From positions 1-7,740 of IMG/VR virus record IMGVR_UViG_2698536443_000001: 7,740 nt of DNA; one strand, written 5' to 3'. Each line of letters starts with the position of its first letter. Within the stretch, counting starts at the first letter, position 1. Position numbers and translations under genes: made by a program. The stretch comes from a virus (lineage: Duplodnaviria > Heunggongvirae > Uroviricota > Caudoviricetes). Shown piece after piece: positions 1-5,356 of the stretch. A model generated the notes under the pieces. It saw only the letters and a list, made by a program, of their open reading frames with translations, was not told where the DNA came from and did not search any database.

Positions 1-49
1 CCCCGTCAGTAGCTGAACAGGAGGGACAGCTGATAGAAACAGAAGCCAC
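1..49 (-). CDS. insA: IS1 InsA, 5' partial (first about 16 codons; continues beyond window)
   Basis: Minus-strand GTG GCT TCT GTT TCT ATC AGC TGT CCC TCC TGT TCA GCT ACT GAC GGG translates to (M)ASVSISCPSCSATDG, the known InsA N-terminus, starting at 49-47 and running off the left edge. Confidence 0.75.
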   Translation of the reverse strand, partial: MASVSISCPSCSATDG

Positions 50-81
50 TGGAGCACCTCAAAAACACCATCATACACTAA

Positions 82-104
82 ATCAGTAAGTTGGCAGCAT
101 CACC
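82..104 (-). repeat. IS1 left terminal inverted repeat (IRL, about 23 bp)
   Basis: Terminal GGTGATGCTGCCAACTTACTGAT on the minus strand ending exactly at the junction (position 104). Confidence 0.8.
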
Positions 105-453
105 CGAATTGCTTGTTTCGAATGAGAGTAATGTATTCTTCGCGAACGTTAGAAACGGTTACGTTAATCCCGTTGTTGTTGATCTCCTTCTCTTCGGTAT
201 TCGATGAGATTTGAAGGAAATCGCCCGTTGCGAGATACGTAAATCCGTTATAGTCCAAATCGAAATACCCATCTGTAAGCCGTAGAACATCCCCTGACGC
301 GGTAATCACTTCGATAATGTGAAACATCGATCCAGTAGAGAAAAGCTGCGGTAGCGTCAATCTAGACACGTTCTGCCCTGTCTGGTCGTTGTAGACCTCG
401 ATGAAGTCAAGATTAGTGCATAGTTTGCTGAATGATTCTTGAATAGTTGCCAT
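100..453 (-). pseudogene. Tail-module gene downstream of the distal-tail-like gene, interrupted by IS1: 117 phage-encoded codons (453..106), then an IS1-derived Gly codon and TGA stop (105..100)
   Basis: ATG at 453-451 overlaps the upstream TAA (TAATG coupling). The frame is open to the IS1 junction, and the last sense codon GGG (105-103) and the stop TGA (102-100) are supplied mostly by IS1 sequence. N-terminus MATIQESFSKLCTNLDFIEVYNDQ. The native C-terminal portion is presumably displaced beyond the IS1. Confidence 0.6.
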
Positions 454-1013
454 TATACATTCTCCACTAATTCGAATTTCATCTTGCCAATCTGGGCGAT
501 CTTCCAATCGATATTTTCAGTTTTGAGAACAAATTCACCTTCTACGTTCTGATACTTGATCACCTCACCAGCCAGGACGTTTTGACGCAAGTTAGGGAAG
601 AGTTTCATTTCACCACCTGATTTCACGTCTTCGGTGATCGTGTAGATTTTCTTGTGGTTCTCAAACTGGATGACAGTTCCCGCTTTCAGTGTTCCGGTGA
701 AGTTGGAGATTCTCACCTTACGCCCACCGCGAGCAGTACCAGCAGCAGCCGTTACCATCTGGCGTACATCACCTGTATATTTTGAAAAGTAAGACAGTGG
801 CACACTAAAAGGACGACCAAAAAGGTGACGTGCTACAAATTCTTTTACTTCGTTAATATCCTGAGCCATGTAATTCGCGGTAAATTCTGCTTCGTAAAAA
901 TGGATGCCAGTAAAGCGACGCTGGAACTTACCGGAGATAGATTGCGCCTTGAAGAAAGGTTGTTTTGATTTAAGAGTAAAATCTGTGATTTTAATATTCT
1001 TGGATTTGAACAT
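453..1013 (-). CDS. Putative distal tail / minor tail protein (186 aa), assigned by position immediately downstream of the tape measure gene
   Basis: Minus-strand ORF. Preferred start is ATG 1013-1011 (MFKSKNIKITDF...), preceded by GGGGG at 1026..1022 with an 8-nt spacer. The track's GTG at 1049 and the ATG at 1028 lack any Shine-Dalgarno and lie inside the hairpin. Stop TAA 455-453. Function is inferred from synteny only. Confidence 0.6.
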   Translation of the reverse strand: MFKSKNIKITDFTLKSKQPFFKAQSISGKFQRRFTGIHFYEAEFTANYMAQDINEVKEFVARHLFGRPFSVPLSYFSKYTGDVRQMVTAAAGTARGGRKVRISNFTGTLKAGTVIQFENHKKIYTITEDVKSGGEMKLFPNLRQNVLAGEVIKYQNVEGEFVLKTENIDWKIAQIGKMKFELVENV

Positions 1014-1016
1014 AGA

Positions 1017-1062
1017 AAAAGCCCCCATAGTTTTATGATTATTTATCACTATGGGGGCTTTT
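1017..1062 (-). terminator. Intrinsic-terminator-like hairpin between tape measure gene and downstream gene; its 3' arm contains the downstream gene's Shine-Dalgarno
   Basis: Perfect 14-bp inverted repeat AAAAGCCCCCATAG (1017..1030) / CTATGGGGGCTTTT (1049..1062), with an inner 4-bp stem TGAT/ATCA (1036..1039 / 1045..1048). On the minus-strand RNA the stem is followed by UUUUUCU and then AUG 1013. Confidence 0.45.
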
Positions 1063-1064
1063 AA

Positions 1065-3410
1065 TTACATCTTACGGCGCTGTGCGTCTTCTACCGCCTG
1101 AGCAACTAACTTAGCGTGACGTTTGATAGCATCCATAACCATCTTGTCTGAGCTATTAACATTGCCGTTAATGTTCAAAGGCGCATTAACTTCAATCGGC
1201 TGAGAGTTACCACCGCCTGATTTTTGAGCAGATAAGAAGTCTTTCAAATCACCGTTAGTACGCTGATCAACTACTCGTTCACCCTTATCAAGCAACCATG
1301 TACCCTCACGAGGGATGTTATCAATACCATCATGAGCCATACCGCTAACGTTAGTAGACTTGATGTTTGCGATGTTCCCCATGTTCTGAGAAACAGCCAA
1401 TGCAGCAGCAGCAATTTTTTGACCTGTGGTGACGTTGGTCGGATCGTTCCATGCATCGGTAGCAGCCGTCCACATGTTCACCGTCGCTTGTCCGATAGAG
1501 AATGCTTTATGAGCATTGAAAGCCATCTGCATAGCTTTAGTGTTTTCCTGCCCGAAGAGAGTCATTGCAGCAGCAAAACCGCCATACATATCATCGGCTA
1601 TTGACTGGCGAGCATCAGCATATTTCTTTTCAATTGCAGCCATCCGTTTTTGATGGTTTTCATTGAGTTTTTCTAATGCTTCCATCCGTTTAGCCGGATC
1701 GGTGATCCCATCAATCTTGAGTAGTTTATCGGTCTTATAATCTTGTTCGGCTTCCGATTTCTCTTTATCGATTGCATTAAATTTAGCAAACGGATTATTT
1801 GAGTCTTGATAATCAAATCCGTTGGTTAATTGATTGGATTTAAAACCATCCATTCCCTGTAAATGACTATCAATCTGAGAATAGTTTTGTTCGGTGTCAT
1901 TCACGCGACGCATATATTCTTCATAGGAGATAGCTTTACCATCAAGTAACCGTTTATGGCTTTCTAACTCGTTGTCCCTGATTTGTTGCAAAACTGTTAA
2001 GGCATTCAAAGCATCAACCGGATCAGCACCCAGCATCATTTTATAAATGTTTTCTGCGTTCTGGTCTAACAGTTGCTGACGTTTCGCGGCTGCGTCTTGC
2101 TGAGAGATTAAGCCCATATCTAAAGCAGTGTCTAAATCTTTCAAGCTGGCTTCTAACTGCTTGTTTTGAGAAGCAATAGACGCGGCTGTCTGACCGTGCA
2201 ATCTAACATCAAGAGCATTCAGCTTTTTAATTGCATCTTCACGCTGTTTCTGCGCTTTTTCTGCGGCCTTCCTTGCTTCTTCTGCCGCTTTTTCTGCTTC
2301 TTCTTGTTCTTTTTTTGTTGGACCAGTGACTCCTCCACCTTGACCAGTTGGGGTAAATCCAGTATCCGATTTATTTCCAGTGATAGTAATTACCGGATCA
2401 CCGTTTTTATCACGGGTAACGCCTTCACTATCCACCCAACGATCAGGATAATTTGGTTTATTGTTGAAGCTGGCTTGTCCACCTGCTAGACCAGTAGAAC
2501 TATAACCATGCTTGTTAATAAAACCACCGTTAGCCATAGCCATATTCTGGCGAGCTTTTTCAAACCTTTCATTAAAAGTCTTTAATGCGTTGAATAAAGC
2601 GGTCTTTTCCCAATCTTTATCAAACCAGTTGTATAACTTGTTCATCCCTTCAACAACTGGATTTAGCGCATTTGCAGCCATACCCTTTAAGTTATCGGTA
2701 AGGGTATCCATATTTTTAGAGAATTTATTATATTCTTCGGCTGTATCATTGGTGATTTTAACAGTTTGCTGATTAATGGCGTTTACAGCTTCCTGATAAG
2801 ATCCGTATTTCTGCAATTCATCAGCCATATGACTTGAATCACTGGCTAACGATTCCATCATAAACTTAACATCAGCGATAGACGCACCAGCTTTGCGCAT
2901 GTCATAGAAGACCTTGATCGCCGCTTTCATCCCGCCTTGTGGATCGTTCATAAACTCGGCATAGTCTTTAATCTTCAAACCTACACTTTCTAGGTCATCT
3001 TCTATACCGCCACCATTACGCCACGCATCAGCCAGTTTATCTAAGGTGTCTTTGTTAATATCACCAAATTTCTCAACGGTTAAGCCAGTACCGGAGAATT
3101 GCTTCTCTAATTTCTGGAGTGTTTCGACGGTTAAACCAGTTGCTTTTGAAACTTCGCTGTATTCCTTTACATAATCACCGATGGCATTTGCAGCAGAGAC
3201 AGCACCAGCAGCCAGACCAACAAAACCACCAGCAGCCAAAGCAAGCGATCCACCAGTTCCGCGAAGGGTTCCACTTAAACTAGATAAACCACCAGACAAA
3301 TCAAGATTCATTGCCCTTTCTGAAAGGTTATCAAGCATGTCAATCGCTTGGTTGGTACTTCTCCTTAGACCGTCGTTATTCCCTTCTATTGTTACTATAT
3401 GTCTTGTCAT
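1065..3410 (-). CDS. Tail tape measure protein (781 aa)
   Basis: Long ORF directly after the chaperone pair. N-terminal Gly/Ala-rich hydrophobic segment (LSGGLSSLSGTLRGTGGSLALAAGGFVGLAAGAVSAANAIG), long helical or coiled-coil-like stretches, and a charged E/K/A-rich block (KKEQEEAEKAAEEARKAAEKAQKQ). ATG 3410-3408 preceded by GGGG (3417..3420). Stop TAA 1067-1065. Confidence 0.85.
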   Translation of the reverse strand: MTRHIVTIEGNNDGLRRSTNQAIDMLDNLSERAMNLDLSGGLSSLSGTLRGTGGSLALAAGGFVGLAAGAVSAANAIGDYVKEYSEVSKATGLTVETLQKLEKQFSGTGLTVEKFGDINKDTLDKLADAWRNGGGIEDDLESVGLKIKDYAEFMNDPQGGMKAAIKVFYDMRKAGASIADVKFMMESLASDSSHMADELQKYGSYQEAVNAINQQTVKITNDTAEEYNKFSKNMDTLTDNLKGMAANALNPVVEGMNKLYNWFDKDWEKTALFNALKTFNERFEKARQNMAMANGGFINKHGYSSTGLAGGQASFNNKPNYPDRWVDSEGVTRDKNGDPVITITGNKSDTGFTPTGQGGGVTGPTKKEQEEAEKAAEEARKAAEKAQKQREDAIKKLNALDVRLHGQTAASIASQNKQLEASLKDLDTALDMGLISQQDAAAKRQQLLDQNAENIYKMMLGADPVDALNALTVLQQIRDNELESHKRLLDGKAISYEEYMRRVNDTEQNYSQIDSHLQGMDGFKSNQLTNGFDYQDSNNPFAKFNAIDKEKSEAEQDYKTDKLLKIDGITDPAKRMEALEKLNENHQKRMAAIEKKYADARQSIADDMYGGFAAAMTLFGQENTKAMQMAFNAHKAFSIGQATVNMWTAATDAWNDPTNVTTGQKIAAAALAVSQNMGNIANIKSTNVSGMAHDGIDNIPREGTWLLDKGERVVDQRTNGDLKDFLSAQKSGGGNSQPIEVNAPLNINGNVNSSDKMVMDAIKRHAKLVAQAVEDAQRRKM

Positions 3411-3413
3411 AAA

Positions 3414-3788
3414 TTACCCCAATTGACCGCTCTTGAGCTTTTGTAATAATGAAGCGTCGAAATAACTATCAACCAAAGCAGAGTTACGTTCTTCCTCTTT
3501 CTTACGAGCAATTTCTTTTATTTCTTCTTGCGTTTTAAATTGCTTGTCGTCCTTAATCATTCGGAATTGGTTAACATTGATTTTATTCAACCATTCACGA
3601 GTCATGTTAGGAGATGTAACGTGCATGTAATACATCGACTGTGCATGTCGCGCATCTTGATATAGGGGGCTTTGTGGTTCAAGATATGTATCGAATATAT
3701 GCAACGCCCAAAATAGCGTAATTGGCATATTATCCATCTCATCTTTACTCAAGCCCCGACGCATCATTTGCCGAAAATAAAAATTCAA
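3414..3788 (-). CDS. Tail assembly chaperone T-segment (-1 frame); probably expressed as a G-T fusion by programmed frameshift rather than from its own start
   Basis: The ORF is in the -1 frame relative to the upstream 102-aa ORF, and its open frame extends upstream to 3812 (bounded by TGA 3815-3813). The track start at 3788 is a TTG with no Shine-Dalgarno. Stop TAA 3416-3414 lies 3 nt before the tape measure ATG. This matches the conserved G/GT arrangement upstream of tape measure genes. Confidence 0.55.
   Translation of the reverse strand: MNFYFRQMMRRGLSKDEMDNMPITLFWALHIFDTYLEPQSPLYQDARHAQSMYYMHVTSPNMTREWLNKINVNQFRMIKDDKQFKTQEEIKEIARKKEEERNSALVDSYFDASLLQKLKSGQLG
3417..3420 (-). promoter_or_regulatory. 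Shine-Dalgarno (GGGG) for the tape measure gene, embedded in the last codons of the upstream ORF
   Basis: Minus-strand TTGGGGTAATTT precedes ATG at 3410. Confidence 0.5.
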
Positions 3789-3796
3789 GAGCGGGT

Positions 3797-3812
3797 TTAC
3801 TTTACCTCGTTT
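3797..3812 (-). other. Candidate -1 programmed ribosomal frameshift window (A-AAG followed by UAA stop)
   Basis: G-frame reads GAA AAC GAG GTA AAG TAA. The -1 frame is open only from 3812, so any shift must occur within 3812..3800. The last sense codon AAG (3802-3800) sits on A-AAG, where tRNA-Lys can re-pair to AAA (3803-3801) while the A site holds a stop codon. Confidence 0.45.
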
Positions 3813-4105
3813 TCAATTACCGCCGCATCTTTCATCAATGATGCTTGAGCAACTAAGCCGATTAATTCACTGCGGACGCTAGTATACAGTGCCTTAACTT
3901 GTTCAATAGATTCAAATACTGGCTTACCGTCTTCATCTTCAATACAACGAAGAATAGAGCGTTCATCACGGTCTTTTTTATCAGTATTGAAAACATGTTC
4001 ATTAAATTCTTGTACCGACATAGGGCGAGCATAGAACGTAAATCCGCCGAGGGTTAAAGATTCACGTTTCGGAGAAAGAGCTTTCAGCATTTCATTCAGA
4101 TTCAT
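3797..4105 (-). CDS. Tail assembly chaperone G-like protein (102 aa)
   Basis: ATG 4105-4103 preceded by GAGGA (4117..4113) with a 7-nt spacer. Stop TAA 3799-3797. Small acidic protein directly upstream of the -1-frame ORF and the tape measure gene. Confidence 0.65.
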   Translation of the reverse strand: MNLNEMLKALSPKRESLTLGGFTFYARPMSVQEFNEHVFNTDKKDRDERSILRCIEDEDGKPVFESIEQVKALYTSVRSELIGLVAQASLMKDAAVIENEVK

Positions 4106-4150
4106 TATTGTTTCCTCATTAATAGTGATTACGCTGTATTTATTTAGAAT

Positions 4151-4657
4151 TTAAGAGATTTTCAAAGTCTGCTTAGTGCCAGTCTTCTTAATGTTATTGA
4201 GGAAAGCAGCCGGAGGATTGCTTAACCAGTAGTAATGAAAACCACTTTGCATACTGTTATAAGGAACAGTGACAGCAGCACCACCCAAATTAACGGTTAT
4301 ATTCCCCGCTCTACCGTTCTGGAGATATACAGCCATAGTAGGAGTACCACCATTGAATTGACCAACGATAACGCCAATCAGACGCCCTACGCCCACGTTT
4401 TCGGGGTTCTCCATTGACCCTTTACCGCGCATGTCAGTTACTGGATAGTTTGAAGCAGTTACCCCCCAGTTATTCCCCAATGAAGTAGACCATGCAGCAG
4501 TAGCTACAACCGTATCCATACCACGACCACACATCGCGCTCATATTACCAGGAACACCAACTTTTAACGCTTGCATAGCCTCACGCATCCATCGCTTGCC
4601 AGTCACAGAAACAGCCGATGATCCGACCCAGCCGGGCTTATTAACGACATTTGCCAT
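4151..4657 (-). CDS. Hypothetical protein (168 aa), Gly/Asn/Val/Thr-rich, possibly structural; function unknown
   Basis: ATG 4657-4655 preceded by GGAG (4669..4666) with an 8-nt spacer, immediately after a terminator-like hairpin. Stop TAA 4153-4151. No motif I can assign. Confidence 0.6.
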   Translation of the reverse strand: MANVVNKPGWVGSSAVSVTGKRWMREAMQALKVGVPGNMSAMCGRGMDTVVATAAWSTSLGNNWGVTASNYPVTDMRGKGSMENPENVGVGRLIGVIVGQFNGGTPTMAVYLQNGRAGNITVNLGGAAVTVPYNSMQSGFHYYWLSNPPAAFLNNIKKTGTKQTLKIS

Positions 4658-4665
4658 TTTGATTA

Positions 4666-4669
4666 CTCC
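4666..4669 (-). promoter_or_regulatory. Shine-Dalgarno (GGAG) for the 168-aa gene
   Basis: Minus-strand GGAGTAATCAAA precedes ATG at 4657. Confidence 0.55.
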
Positions 4670-4699
4670 AATAAAAAAGCCCCACCATTAAGGCAGGGC
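4670..4699 (-). terminator. Intrinsic-terminator-like hairpin plus U-tract downstream of the tube gene and its extension
   Basis: Minus-strand RNA: GCCCUGCC (4699..4692), loop UUAAU, GGUGGGGC (4686..4679), then UUUUUUAUU (4678..4670). The 8-bp stem uses two G-U wobbles that would be C-A mismatches in a plus-strand RNA, so the structure is specific to the sense transcript. Confidence 0.5.
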
Positions 4700-4705
4700 T
4701 TAAAA

Positions 4706-4825
4706 TTAATTCTTAGCCTTGCGGCCTCGTTTTGCTGTGGCTTTCACCGTAACTTCTTCTACTTCTGGAATCACCACCGCTTCATGTTCCGGCTGTGGTT
4801 CCGGTTCGGGAAGTTCTTCGTTAGT
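4706..4825 (-). other. In-frame 39-codon extension after the TGA stop of the 157-aa gene (candidate readthrough product)
   Basis: After TGA (4828-4826) the same frame continues ACT AAC GAA GAA CTT CCC ... AAG AAT TAA (stop 4708-4706), encoding TNEELPEPEPQPEHEAVVIPEVEEVTVKATAKRGRKAKN. The other two frames hit stops within 2-19 codons. The extension stops 6 nt before the terminator hairpin. Confidence 0.35.
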
Positions 4826-5299
4826 TCATCCGGCAGTGAAGATTTCCTGTTTCAGCGGAGCACCATCAACAGCAAAGGTAAACTCTTTAGTTACCACTTC
4901 TTCATCGCCACCGTTCATAGCAACTTTAGAGATGAAGCCGTTGAAAGCGGTGCGAATACCAGTCTGTTTTGCTGCATCAACATAGTATTCAATCTTAATC
5001 TGAATACGAGTACCGTCTTCGGCAGCTTTAATGAGCTTCTCGTGTACCGCATCACCAGGGATGTAGTTAACGGTCAGAGTCAGATCAGGAACGTTCAGCT
5101 TCCCTACCAGCTTACGGTTATACTGAGAAGAGAAGGATTTAACTTCTACAGTACCGCGCTCGATACCAGTTTCAGGAAAACCAGCACACTCTTTAATTTC
5201 TTCGTAGCTTTCGTGATCGAGAGCGGTGTTAGTGGTATCGGCGTGATAGAACATACTTACCAGACCACCAGTAAAAATATCTTTAAATTGCTGAGTCAT
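4826..5299 (-). CDS. Putative major tail (tube) protein-like protein (157 aa)
   Basis: ATG 5299-5297 preceded by AAGGGG (5312..5307) with a 7-nt spacer. Stop TGA 4828-4826. Size and position (upstream of chaperone pair and tape measure gene), plus hairpins flanking the cistron on both sides, suggest an abundantly expressed structural gene. The tube assignment is inference. Confidence 0.6.
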   Translation of the reverse strand: MTQQFKDIFTGGLVSMFYHADTTNTALDHESYEEIKECAGFPETGIERGTVEVKSFSSQYNRKLVGKLNVPDLTLTVNYIPGDAVHEKLIKAAEDGTRIQIKIEYYVDAAKQTGIRTAFNGFISKVAMNGGDEEVVTKEFTFAVDGAPLKQEIFTAG

Positions 5300-5306
5300 A
5301 GAATTA

Positions 5307-5312
5307 CCCCTT
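5307..5312 (-). promoter_or_regulatory. Shine-Dalgarno (AAGGGG) for the 157-aa gene
   Basis: Minus-strand AAGGGGTAATTCT precedes ATG at 5299. Confidence 0.5.
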
Positions 5313-5330
5313 AATTAAAATTGTTTATAA

Positions 5331-5349
5331 CGGGGGAACTAGTCCCCCG
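5331..5349. terminator. GC-rich hairpin between fiber gene and tube-like gene (possible terminator or attenuator, either orientation)
   Basis: CGGGGGA (5331..5337), loop ACTAG, TCCCCCG (5343..5349): a perfect 7-bp stem. U-rich tracts follow on both strands (plus: CUUUUAUUAUUU; minus: UUAUAAACAAUUUUAAUU). Confidence 0.4.
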
Positions 5350-5356
5350 ACTTTTA

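Larger units (their letters stand above)
1..104 (-). mobile_element. IS1: IS1 insertion sequence, left-end portion (IS1 nt 1-104 in reverse orientation; element continues beyond window start)
   Basis: Reverse complement of 1..104 reads GGTGATGCTGCCAACTTACTGATTTAGTGTATGATGGTGTTTTTGAGGTGCTCCAGTGGCTTCTGTTTCTATCAGCTGTCCCTCCTGTTCAGCTACTGACGGGG, which I recognise as the left terminus of IS1 including the insA start. The element end abuts phage-like DNA at 104/105. Recognition is from memory of the IS1 sequence, not a search. Confidence 0.88.

Noticed and set aside
454-507. N-terminal 18 codons of track ORF 100..507 (MEDRPDWQDEIRISGECI) overlapping the upstream gene
   Set aside because: The in-frame ATG at 453-451 forms a TAATG stop-start overlap with the upstream gene, the classic coupled arrangement. 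The longer version would overlap the upstream coding region by 55 nt.
1014-1049. GTG start at 1049 (track) or ATG at 1028 for the distal-tail-like gene
   Set aside because: Both lie inside the 14-bp hairpin and lack any Shine-Dalgarno. The ATG at 1013 has GGGGG at the correct spacing, so the 5' 12 codons of the track ORF are probably not translated.
1271-1456. Minus-strand 61-aa ORF nested inside the tape measure gene
   Set aside because: Out of frame with and entirely contained in the tape measure ORF, with no independent translation signals.
1332-3426. Plus-strand ORFs 1332..1604, 2166..2489, 2512..2772 and 3181..3426 (81-107 aa)
   Set aside because: All lie antisense within the long minus-strand tape measure ORF. 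Their translations are low-complexity (Cys/Phe/Leu-rich or Pro/Ala-rich), they have no Shine-Dalgarno, and they are better explained as shadow ORFs of the coding strand.
4760-4780. Independent small ORF starting at GTG-GTG inside the extension (VVIPEVEEVTVKATAKRGRKAKN)
   Set aside because: No Shine-Dalgarno upstream. Continuity of the open frame from the TGA makes readthrough or a recent nonsense mutation the more economical explanation.
4235-5314. Plus-strand ORFs 4235..4417, 4719..4985 and 4784..5314
   Set aside because: Antisense to the 168-aa and 157-aa minus-strand genes and to the extension region. The Ser/Gly-rich translation of 4719..4985 is the mirror of the Glu/Pro-rich sense-frame extension. 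No start signals.
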